Positions 26,901 through 35,258 of a DNA stretch of 64,000 nt are shown here, one piece after another. The position numbers and the translations under genes were made by a program. How positions within the stretch are numbered: position 1 is the stretch's first letter; every line of letters begins with the position of its first letter. The notes below the pieces were generated by a model. That model was not told the DNA's origin and made no database searches. It was given only the letters and a program-made list of their open reading frames with translations. This DNA is from Eledone cirrhosa. Taxonomy: Eukaryota. The DNA is taken from contig OZ024753.1 in assembly GCA_964016885.1 (NCBI GenBank), positions 35,898,001-35,962,000 of the forward strand. Direction: 5' to 3'.

Positions 26901-29900
26901 TGTTATATATGTAAGGGGGGAGAATTATTGTTTCGTGGTTGTTAATATCATATTTAAAAACTTAACATCCTGTAATGATTTTTTTAGTAGAAAATGTATC
27001 AAAATGGAATTGTTAATTCAAAATTGTGGACAGATGATTGTGAAAATGTGCAATATTAGAGTATAGACTTTAATTGTTAATGTGATACAGTCATAATGCC
27101 GTTTTGTACCTTTCAAGAATGCCTTGCTGATGTGTTTTTATGTTGTTTGTTAATTCATATGTTTATAGTATCTTAAATAGTGGATAGATTGTTGGGAAAT
27201 TTGCAGTAAACTAAAGTAAATTTTTAATGTAAAGCAGTCATAGTGCTGTTTTGTACTTTTCAAGAATGTCTTTCTAATGTAGTTTCAATGTGGTGCAGGG
27301 CATTGGAGTTTTTTGGGGGGGTTTAAATTTTTTGTAAGTGGTATTTGGCATCAAGAAGGGCTTCTAGTTGTAGAATACTTCTTCAAAATGTTCCAATCCA
27401 AACTATACTAGTATGGAAAAAAAGACGTAAAATGATGATGATGATATTAAAAGTTTTCTGTGTTTGAGTGTGTGACTTTTTTTAAACATCTTATTTCATT
27501 GTTTGATTAGAGAGAGAAGAACAGTCTTCATGACTCTTTTTAGCCCCTCAGATTGGTGGTAGGGAACCAGAGAGATTACTGAAATCATAGTCCTGGTCCA
27601 AATGATTACAACAGATTGGGTTTTGCTAAAGGCAGCCAGAGTGTCATTACCGAAATTTCTAATGAAAGACATTGTCTATGGTTTTCAAATAATTTTGAAA
27701 ATAATGATCCGTTTGCAAGAATTTAGTTATAAAACTTAGCTTTCTCTATATTAAGTTGGTGTTCAGTATCAAAACGATTAAACCAGTTGAGTGATGGAAT
27801 AAGTACTTGTGATAACTCATCTTACATAAGTGTTGAGTAATTAGTTACGGTTACGATTTCCAAGTAACCTGCTTAGACACTTTAATTTCATCGCCATTTA
27901 AAGTTTGTTTTCCTGTAAGCAAGAGTTGGAGGGGGCATCACAGACCAGGCCAGTTACTTAATCAGGTCTACTGAGCTCTCGGTTGGGCTAGGACCTCATC
28001 TCACCTATATACATTCCTGTACTCTACAGAGTTGCACTGTGCATTTTATCATGGTTATGAAATGGAGGAGATTTACAGCTCACCCGTTGTATCTCATTGG
28101 AGATTTCTTAGGTGTTTTAATGATAAGGAATCTAGTCTTATAAAAATTTGTGCAAAATGATCTGAAAATTATAGGCTGTCTTTCAGTAGAAATATGATAA
28201 CGAAAAGGATAATTTTATTTTAAAAAGCCATCACGTTGCTGCTTTCAAAATGTTGGATTTGCTTTGGTGTTGCTTTCAAAACTAATCAGTATGCTTGTCT
28301 CTTCTCTGTTAACAGCTTACCTACCATTTTGTCTATGTATGTGTGTGTGTGTATTTGTTTTATTCTCATTTCTGTGTGATATTTCTTAGTCTGCATGTGA
28401 ATTAACTCCATCATAACAATACTGCTACTGTTGTTTTTATACCTTTTATTAATGATTATGTGGACCAATTATGTTGACTTAATTTAGGTCGGAGCCAACC
28501 TTCAATCATTGACGCCTTCCAAAGATCTGAGAAACCATCTGCTAGTGAGACCAACCGTCTTAAAACACTCGATATGGAAACACTTGGGACACAAAAGTCA
28601 ACTTCTGGTACATTTTTGTTGTTGATTACTAACACTGTTTTCTAAATAACCTTGTTTTCTGTTGATTTTAAGTTCCCGATAAAGTGAAATTGGTTCTCAC
28701 AGTATCTCGTTTAGAATAGGTACACCATGGCTCTCGGTGTTGTAAGAGACCGACTAAAAATGTTGGTATCAACAAGGACACCTAGTCATAATATATTGCC
28801 CCAAAAAGGACCCTATGTTGTTGTTTAACCCTTTAGCATTTACATTAATTACTCTCTCTATATATTGTATTTTCATGGTAAAGGCTTTACATAATATCGA
28901 ATCTATGAGATTTTGATATTATATATTTTCATGGTAAAGCTTCACATAATATCGAATCTATGAGATTTTGATATTATATATTTTGAGAACAATACCTTAA
29001 CATAAGTATGAGTGGCCAGTTACGGTCGGTCTGAACAGAAATAGGTGAGAGAATTATGGACGGATACAGTCAGTTTAAATGCTAAAGGGTTAAAACAAAT
29101 TAAAAGAAAATGGTCTCTCAGTTTGACAAAAACATATTCTAAGTGCAAAATTTTTACATCCATTGCCCATGTTTTTTCCATGGATTCTTTTTGTTGGAGC
29201 AATTATATTTATAGCTAGGTGTCCTGGTTTATCATCATCAACATTGTCATGTTTTCATTCACTTTTCCATCTTTGCATGGGTTGGATGGGTCTTCTTCAG
29301 TACAGCTTGCGTCCACTCGTTGAGTTCCTTCATCTCTTCTTTGAGGTTGATAATCATCATTCAGCTGAGTAATAGTAATGGACGTCTGTTGTTGTCAGTC
29401 TTGCATCCTGGTGTCAGTTATGTCACCTTGGTGGGGCAAAAAAAAAAAAAACAACATAATAATAATGGAGGATTTGAACTTTACACTATGTGGTCAATGA
29501 GGGTCCAGTATTGCCAACAACTCTTGGCACTTAATATTTACTCCTTTATTAAAGGGTGTGGGATTGGCGGAATTGGTAGAGCGTCAGATAAAGTATCTTT
29601 GCGGTATATGTTGTAGCTCTTTACACTCTGAGCTCAATTCCGCTGAGTTGTTCAACTGAGTCTTTTATCCTTCCTCAGGTCGATAAATAAAATACCAGTC
29701 AAGTACTGAAATTTATTTAATCCTCCGTGGCCTTCAAGTCTGCATGGATTAGTCGAAATTGTTCATAGGTTAAATCCATCTGTGTTCTTTCTGCTAGGAG
29801 TTGCAAAAAACATATCAACAATGTATCTGACGGTTATGGGGGGGGGGGGGGGGGTCCCTACCCTTTATTTGGTGGAACTGGTCCCACTGAACTTCTTTGA

Positions 29901-31113
29901 ATAATCATAAAAGTATTTTCATTTTCTTCAATCATATGTATTTAGAATAGGTACACCCATATACCCCTGTGTGACTTAACCTTTTAGAATTTACATTACT
30001 CTGTTTACTATTATACTTTCATGGTAAAAGCTTTACCTTACATAATTATCTCCCATAATATTGAATCTATGAGATTTTGAGAATGATACCTTAAAGTCGT
30101 CGGTATGAGGGGCAGGTTACAGCTGGTTTGAACAGAAAGGGGTCAGTTTAAATGCTAAATGGTTAAAGGGTTTGTGTGGAGAAAGGTATCCAGAAGTAAA
30201 ACATTGCCTTCAAAGGTCTTGTCTTATTCATGCTAGCATGGAAAAGTTGACATAAAATCAACAATGATGATGATGATTTGTGTGAAGTTTCAATACTTAC
30301 AGGCACATCATTGGGAAAAGTTAGAAGATAGTTTTATTGATTTTCATGTTTTTCCTTATTTGTCTTATTCATTTTCTAGAAAAACCTGTTAAAAAGAGAA
30401 AGACCAAGAAAAAGGAAGATAGTGATTCTGACAGTGGTTTCTTACCCAAGAAACCTAAAACAACCAAAACAAAAAAGGTGAGAATTTTGATCCAACCAAG
30501 AGGTCAATTGCATAAATTAAATAATGACTTGGTGTTGCACTTAAGATCATAATGTCATGGGTATGATTCCTGGACTGAGTTGTGTTCTTGAGCAAAACAC
30601 TTTGTTTCATGTTGCTCTAGTATACTCAGCTGAACATGAGTAACAGCAATAGCTGGGAGTTTAATCCTGCGATGGACTGGCGCTCTGTCCAGGGCAAAGT
30701 CTTATAATCTCAGTCGCTTCATGCCACAGGAATCGGGATAAGCACTGGCCTGATGGCTCCCTTCCAGCCCCGTGACAGATTTAGTAGCTATGTGTGGTGG
30801 TGTGGAGCAATGTGTGTTTGTCTATGGCATAAATTAAATAATGACTTGGTGATGACCTGTCCAACCCTTGCTAGTAGGGAAAACAGACATTAAATGATGA
30901 TTACTATATATATATACGTAGGTCCCGGGTTGAGTCGGGGATAACCACAGTAAGTAAGGTACTCAATACATGGCAGAGTAAAATTTTTTATTTTATAGAA
31001 GGAGCTTCTACAGGACTAGTACTGTTTCATTCAGATGAAATCTTCAGGAAGCTCCTGAAGATTTCATCTGAATGAAACAGTACTAGTCCTGTAGAAGCTC
31101 CTTCTATAAAATA

Positions 31114-31144
<31 letters not shown>

Positions 31145-31547
31145 CACTCAAATATAAGCCGAAGAATTTGTGAGCCCAAAAAATTGACAGTGAAATGGTG
31201 CAGTAGAGTCAGCTTATACCACCTAAACAATGTGTTGATTAGCTGCCTCGTTTTATAAATGGGGTTTGGGTTTTTGCCCATTTCTCAGACATTAAATGGG
31301 ATGGAGGAGTCACCTTATATTCTAACTCGTCAAACTTTTTTTTTTTTAATGATAAATATTGTCGACTGACAAACATTTCACTTTTTCTTCTATTTGTTTG
31401 AAGGTTACTTTAAACCCTGAGGAAGAAGTATTTGGAGGAGAAGAGGTGCATAAATTGAATGACATCCAGGCTCGTACCACAACTGGTCGCTCCCGGGCAC
31501 CTGTGAAATATTTTGAGGAGGATGAATCTGAAGAAGAGTTTTACTAG
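318..31547 (+). CDS. TOP2: DNA topoisomerase II (type IIA), 5'-partial spliced gene, 25 exons traced
   Basis: Phase-consistent GT-AG exons: 318-419,1096-1233,1964-2260,3186-3422,3969-4074,5803-5912,8353-8445,8884-9120,9567-9715,10490-10721,12027-12226,13289-13424,14104-14299,14589-14686,15109-15243,16752-16835,19463-19663,20244-20334,21120-21320,24688-24871,25556-25749,26579-26713,28488-28607,30380-30477,31404-31547 (3918 nt). Motifs: [58 protein letters not shown]. Confidence 0.97.
1096..1233 (+). CDS. TOP2: TOP2 exon ([21 protein letters not shown])
   Basis: Conserved QTK loop; tag/gtgagt sites. Confidence 0.95.
1634..1755 (+). mobile_element. Fragment of a restriction-like-endonuclease non-LTR element (CRE-like)
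   Basis: [16 protein letters not shown]...LLCKIG resembles the RLE C-terminus of CRE-clade elements. Confidence 0.55.
1964..2260 (+). CDS. TOP2: TOP2 exon, TOPRIM start ([18 protein letters not shown])
   Basis: Overlaps ORF 1991-2308; tag/gtgagt sites. Confidence 0.96.
2390..3028. repeat. ~107-bp tandem repeat, ~5-6 copies, intronic
   Basis: Unit ggcaggctgacaatatctatgccagacatctgtgattgccacttatggg... recurs at 2659, 2766, 2873. Confidence 0.9.
3186..3422 (+). CDS. TOP2: TOP2 exon, TOPRIM DxD motif ([15 protein letters not shown])
   Basis: ORF 3189-3443; tag/gtcagt sites. Confidence 0.96.
3969..4074 (+). CDS. TOP2: TOP2 exon ([10 protein letters not shown]...KVKYYKG)
   Basis: Hand translation; phase-1 donor. 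Confidence 0.93.
5400..5615. mobile_element. piggyBac-type MITE (~200 bp); other copies at 10139-10326, 13546-13745, 28825-29093, 29976-30166, 51886-52091; partials near 3440 and 53256
   Basis: TTAA TSD and CCCTTTAGCATTTA...TAAATGCTAAAGGG TIRs; shared internal sequence. Confidence 0.85.
5803..5912 (+). CDS. TOP2: TOP2 exon ([14 protein letters not shown])
   Basis: Hand translation; phase-compatible with neighbours. Confidence 0.94.
6074..6164. repeat. Near-perfect palindrome (~43-bp arms) between (TA)n runs
   Basis: attaaagtttaagcaaagaattgctgctttcacccttaacg and its reverse complement. Confidence 0.85.
6585..6928 (-). mobile_element. tRNA-derived CORE-like SINE with RTE-derived (GAT)n tail; related copies at 41137-41480, 40545-40855, 24190-24630, 26190-26425, 30530-30790
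   Basis: Pol III A/B boxes (tggcttagtggtta, gttcaattc); ttgagcaagacactt core; tail shared with the RTE 3' UTR. Confidence 0.7.
6950..7902 (+). mobile_element. 5'-truncated RTE-clade LINE (RT C-terminus, 3' UTR, (GAT)n)
   Basis: [35 protein letters not shown]; ends in gatgatgat. Confidence 0.9.
8040..8228 (+). mobile_element. Penelope-like inverted pLTR relic (61-bp perfect palindrome arms plus tail) in (TA)n
   Basis: Arms 8040-8100 and 8105-8165; the tail 8166-8228 is homologous to 30917-30980; contains a hammerhead core. Confidence 0.65.
8099..8149 (+). ncRNA. Type I hammerhead ribozyme motif
   Basis: AGATTC-CUGAUGA-U UUC AAAU GAA U-GAAA CAG..CUG UA-GAAUCU; 6-bp stem I, 4-bp stem III, GUA triplet. 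Confidence 0.7.
8353..8445 (+). CDS. TOP2: TOP2 exon ([14 protein letters not shown])
   Basis: Hand translation; poly-T/AG acceptor. Confidence 0.94.
8884..9120 (+). CDS. TOP2: TOP2 exon ([16 protein letters not shown]...YHHGE) with an apparent -1/+1 indel pair
   Basis: Length is 237 nt (in phase), but [19 protein letters not shown] reads in a shifted frame from 9042 to 9101. Confidence 0.9.
9325..9480. repeat. (CACT)n/(CT)n microsatellite
   Basis: Direct reading. Confidence 0.95.
9567..9715 (+). CDS. TOP2: TOP2 exon with catalytic tyrosine (GKDAASPRY)
   Basis: ORF 9531-9743; cag/gtacg sites. Confidence 0.97.
10490..10721 (+). CDS. TOP2: TOP2 exon ([17 protein letters not shown])
   Basis: ORF 10494-10757. 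Confidence 0.96.
11688..11954. repeat. (TA)n compound microsatellite
   Basis: Direct reading. Confidence 0.95.
12027..12226 (+). CDS. TOP2: TOP2 exon (PWFKNFKG...EITELP)
   Basis: ORF 11970-12230. Confidence 0.95.
12669..12850 (+). mobile_element. Degenerate R4/Dong-like RLE LINE 3' fragment
   Basis: [28 protein letters not shown]...TGITHIL next to (TAA)n. Confidence 0.5.
13289..13424 (+). CDS. TOP2: TOP2 exon (DYKEYHTD)
   Basis: ORF 13200-13451. Confidence 0.94.
14104..14299 (+). CDS. TOP2: TOP2 exon (VLFDHNG...ARFIMEKI)
   Basis: ORF 14008-14331. Confidence 0.94.
14589..14686 (+). CDS. TOP2: TOP2 exon ([11 protein letters not shown])
   Basis: Conserved motif; phase-compatible. Confidence 0.93.
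15109..15243 (+). CDS. TOP2: TOP2 exon ([18 protein letters not shown])
   Basis: Hand translation. Confidence 0.93.
15290..16565. repeat. 24-bp minisatellite (gtggaaatgggacttgtctcatta), ~53 copies, intronic
   Basis: Direct reading; explains the spurious 459, 434 and 194 aa ORFs. Confidence 0.97.
16752..16835 (+). CDS. TOP2: TOP2 exon ([13 protein letters not shown])
   Basis: Hand translation; end of the catalytic core. Confidence 0.9.
17117..19210 (+). mobile_element. 5'-truncated, frameshifted RTE-clade LINE with a PHD-like finger inside the RT region
   Basis: [54 protein letters not shown]; 3' UTR ends in (GAT)n. Confidence 0.93.
19463..19663 (+). CDS. TOP2: TOP2 exon ([13 protein letters not shown])
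   Basis: ORF 19457-19693; PSPxGxR motif. Confidence 0.9.
19710..20012. repeat. Degenerate (CCAT/CTAT/CTGT)n tetranucleotide repeat
   Basis: Direct reading. Confidence 0.75.
20244..20334 (+). CDS. TOP2: TOP2 C-terminal domain exon
   Basis: cag/gtgagt sites; phase-compatible and open. Confidence 0.8.
21120..21320 (+). CDS. TOP2: TOP2 CTD exon (KKKKPWDSD...PRRAA)
   Basis: ORF 20987-21397; PW-S-D and PRRAA motifs of the TOP2 CTD. Confidence 0.88.
21580..21765 (+). mobile_element. tRNA-derived SINE with Meta-like central domain; copies at 23795-23987, 22925-23175, 12270-12470(-), 33305-33460(-), 53450-53635(-)
   Basis: B box gagttcaaatcc; ctttgcctttcatccttacggggtcgataaaataaagtacc; (ATT)n tail. 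Confidence 0.75.
24688..24871 (+). CDS. TOP2: TOP2 CTD acidic exon ([15 protein letters not shown])
   Basis: cag/gtaagt sites; phase 1-2. Confidence 0.82.
25556..25749 (+). CDS. TOP2: TOP2 CTD exon ([14 protein letters not shown])
   Basis: ORF 25485-25766; phase 2-1. Confidence 0.82.
26579..26713 (+). CDS. TOP2: TOP2 CTD exon
   Basis: cag/gtatat sites; phase 1-1; acidic and basic composition. Confidence 0.78.
28488..28607 (+). CDS. TOP2: TOP2 CTD exon with PIP-box-like QPSIIDAF
   Basis: tag/gtacat sites; 120-nt symmetric open exon. Confidence 0.68.
30380..30477 (+). CDS. TOP2: TOP2 CTD exon ([14 protein letters not shown]-like)
   Basis: ORF 30337-30552; tag/gtgaga sites. Confidence 0.82.
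30917..31118 (-). mobile_element. Penelope-like inverted pLTR relic, second copy, in (TA)n
   Basis: Perfect palindrome 30984-31118 (loop 31050-31052) plus the shared tail in reverse orientation. Confidence 0.65.
31000..31056 (-). ncRNA. Type I hammerhead ribozyme motif (same family as 8099)
   Basis: Minus strand: AGGAGCUUC-CUGAAGA-U UUC AUCU GAA U-GAAA CAG UACUAGUC CUG UA-GAAGCUCCU; perfect 9-bp stem I. Confidence 0.75.
31404..31547 (+). CDS. TOP2: TOP2 last coding exon ([21 protein letters not shown])
   Basis: Resembles vertebrate TOP2A/B extreme C-termini; ends at TAG. Confidence 0.9.
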   Translation, partial: VTLNPEEEVFGGEEVHKLNDIQARTTTGRSRAPVKYFEEDESEEEFY

Positions 31548-33085
31548 TTCTATTCTCTGGTTCCATTATTTTAGACATTGCTCAGATACCTTTCCATTAA
31601 CGAAAACTGGCATCACTCTTTTATTTTAAACATTTCAAATTCGTGTTCACTTCTTTCCAAATGTTTATTTTTCAATTTTATCATATATATATCGTATTAT
31701 TTCACTAGTTGAATTTTTTAAAACTTATTTTGTGAATTTTATTTTATTTTTAAAAAAGAAACAAAAAAATGTTTTTTAAACGTTTCCTTCAAATTTCATA
31801 ATAAAAGATTTAGAAACTTATCCCATCCTCCATAACAACTCCATCCCTTGTTAGGTTTCATTCATCTTGTTAAATTCTCTCCATATAACTTCATCTTCTT
31901 TTTATCTTTATAACTTTCCATCAATCCTTCTCTTCGCACTGTTCCTCCTCTCACGAAAAAAAAAAATTTAAAAATTATAAAAAAAAAAAAAAAGCCTTGC
32001 TTGTCCTTAACTGAAAAATCAGGATTTTCAACCTGGTGGGAGAGTGTGAAGAAGATATAACCCATCCAGATATTTCATTCCATTTCTGTCTCATCTTCAT
32101 TAATTTACTGCAGCAATTGTCAACCACTTGAACCAACCACACTGAAAAAAAAATAATTGAAAAAAATGATTTAAAAAAAAAACAAAACACCCAGCGCCCT
32201 TAAAAAAAAAGATAAAGAAAAAAGTCCCATAAAACAACAACAACCATCCTTGTCAGGTGATATTGCTCCATTCTGGCGTGGCTGTCTGTTTGTCTGTGTG
32301 TCTGTCTGTCTGTGTGGAAGACTGGTTAATTCTTTTACTTTTTCAATTTCCATAACTTATTCCTTTCACTTGATGCTAAGTCATCACATTTCTCTCTTCT
32401 CATTCGGAAAAAAAAAAAATAATAATAAATAAATAAATAAATGGTCTAAAGTGGGGCAGGGGTTGGGAGACCCCCTCCCCAAGTACAGAAAAAAAGTTTC
32501 ATGTAACAATTTCAACATGTTTGTGTTTTTTTGTTTTTTTTGTGTGTGTTTTTGTTTTAGCCTCTGACTGGGTTGCATGTGTAAAGTGAATGGCGGTATT
32601 GAAGTTGTGAATTTTTGTCTTTTGTCAATTGTTTATTAAAATGCCTGAAGTAATCAAGAGATGAAGAGAACACTATATGTGTTGGGGGGTTTTTTTTTTC
32701 TTCATTCTCTCTTTCTCACTTTTTCTCTCTACTTTTTTCTTCATTCTCAGATTTAATGGAGAGGGAGAGAGAGAGAGAGATTAAAAAAATTATTTAAAAA
32801 AAAAGTCAGAAGGCATAGACGGCTACTGCCACCCACAAAGCGAACAAACAATTAGACACAAGTCACTGTGACAGCAATCAGGTGGAGTGTGCAGTGTAAA
32901 GATGTGATTGTAAATGGGTTTTGCTATGTTTGAACGAGTGAATGTCTATTAGCACACACCCACAATATCTGTGGTTGGATCATGTGTGTTGCTGTTACAA
33001 TTTTTAGCAGGACCTATATAATAATAATATCAGTCACCGAATCTCCCTGAGTCTTGGGATTTGGCCAACGAACCTCAGTGTTTTA

Positions 33086-33091
33086 AATAAA
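33086..33091 (+). terminator. Probable TOP2 polyadenylation signal
   Basis: AATAAA followed by a GT/T-rich tract, ending a ~1.5-kb stretch free of recognisable TEs after the stop; other AATAAA sites exist upstream. Confidence 0.45.
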
Positions 33092-33559
33092 TCTCAACAT
33101 ATTTACACAAATGTTGTTGTTTTTTCATTTTTACCCCTTCTTCCCTATGCCTTTTTTTTTTCCACCCACATTTTCTTTAATTTTTACATGGTAAGGTTGA
33201 AAGAAGGAGCAGTATCTAGGACCTTCATGATACCCGAGAAATAAGCACCATTGATGTTCTGCTTAATCCTTTAGCATTTAAACCAGCTATATCTGGCCAC
33301 ATGATACAATTATCCCAGTGCATTACTGGTACTTTATTTTATCGACCCCGTAAGGATGAAAGGCAAAGTTAACCTCGGCGGGATTTGAACTCAGACCATA
33401 AAGGGCCGTAACTCTTTGCTGCAAATCATGGCGTCCGACCCTCTACTGATACTGCCAATGCAAAGGACATTCTATCTTCAGCCTGTGTTGGCTGGCCATT
33501 TGTGTAAGAGGGAGTGTGTTGCTGTTCCCCTTAGGTTATCTTAGTATTGTGCTGTGGGC

Positions 33560-34050
33560 TCATCTGGGATCCTGGATAGCAGGGTGTCAAGATAACATCC
33601 ATGCAGATTTCTCAAATTTCTTGGCAGATTGTTGAAGAGTTGAGGACCTTTGAACCCAGGCTATTGCAATATCTGCTTCTTATTCTAGATGTGAAAGACG
33701 GGACCTTTGGCACCACAGTGACGTCCCGTTCTCAATGCCAAAGTTTGGTGCTAGTCCCTCCAAGATTTTCCATATGTGTATCACTCCCATCTTCGTTCCA
33801 AGGAGTAGAGGTTCAGTTTTTTTTAGTCTCTCCCAGTAGCTCATCTTCATTGTGGCAATCCTCTTGGCGTAGCTTCGTTGGATTGCCTCAAGCTCCGTGG
33901 TTAGTTTGATACTATGGGGTGACCACAGCTGGGACCAGTAGTCCAGGCGGCTTAGGATAAATGTCCTCCATAGTATCAACATGGTCTCTTGTCCGGAAAG
34001 TCCAAGATCCAGCCAGCGAGTCTGGACATTGTTGCCACCCTCATGATGTG
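33560..34050 (-). mobile_element. Degenerate CR1/L2-type LINE RT fragment
   Basis: TFILSRLDYWSQLWSP..ELEAIQRSY...SYWERLK. Confidence 0.8.
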
Positions 34051-35258
34051 TGAAAAAAAACATGCATAATTGCTTGTGTCTATCCCTAGGTCTCGTATCG
34101 ATTTCGACACGTGGAACAAAGAATCGTAAGAAGAAACTAAGAATGTAAATGGTTCTATGGTGCATTCATTGTGTAGATTACCAACACGAGAAAGGTTGTT
34201 TGTGACTTTGACACAAGTGAAGGGACTTCTCAACCCTTTTAGGCATGGTTTCTACGACAGGTTACCCTTCCTATCACCAACTGTCATATGAAGTGTAGGG
34301 GGGTACATTTTCGTAGCACCATCATTGGTTCATGATAGAGTGTTTATACAATAAGGATAATTGTGAAGCTGTTTAAAAATCCTTTATTCGTAAAGCTGTA
34401 CTACATATTTCAATGGTACACATGGTTTGATCATGCTACATCATCTTATGTAAGGAGGTTACGTTTCCAAAGCAATCCATGCTAAAGACAGGGGAACAGA
34501 CAGATATGATGTTTTCATTACTTATGTCCATTCCCCTGTGAACTTTAGTTCCACTCTACAGGTGTGTGCAGTTGATTGACCATCTACCGCTCCCACTAGG
34601 CAGTTAGAACCATTAAAGTAAGCCTATATGACACACCAAAGCCACCCTCCTCCACAGTTGGTGAAATACTAAGGTCACAGACTTAATTAAATTCACTTGA
34701 AAAATTTTTTGCTGTGCCACTGGGTTTCATATTATAGATTTATTGTTATCAGCACAACCACCTTATAGGGAGGCCTGTAGGGTTTTTATGATGTGGCAGG
34801 ACTGTTGAAGAGCAGGTGTGGAGTTTGGTTAGTTTTCCATTGCTTGGGCACATAATATATAAAAATAATTTATATAAAACTAGCCGAATATACCAGCACC
34901 TTGCTGCGTTTCACACATTGTCTTTTGTAAGAAAATGGTGATTGATTTTAAATCAGTGATGTAATTTATGGAGAAAAACTGCATTTCAATATTAATCAAT
35001 GTAAAATGTAATGCATGAAAAATTGGAAAACATCATTTTTTGTAATATATCAAATCAAAATTACATTATTAAATCTTATTCTTATTTTGTTTCTTGTAAA
35101 TAATTTTTTTCAAAATATCAATTCAAAACTTTTGTCAATAGACATCATATCTTGTCATTTAGCTATGGTTTAAATTTGATATAAATCGAAAGGAAAAAAG
35201 TTTCAGCAGGGGTTTGTGCCTCCTGGGAACCCTAATAGGGGGTTTAACCCCCATTATA

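Noticed and set aside
29798-29835. Extra TOP2 exon after ctgctag
   Set aside because: No donor site gives a phase-compatible exon
31140-31325. pogo/Tigger-like MITE end (tacactcaaatataagccga; related end near 19210-19238)
   Set aside because: Too degraded to define both termini or a TSD
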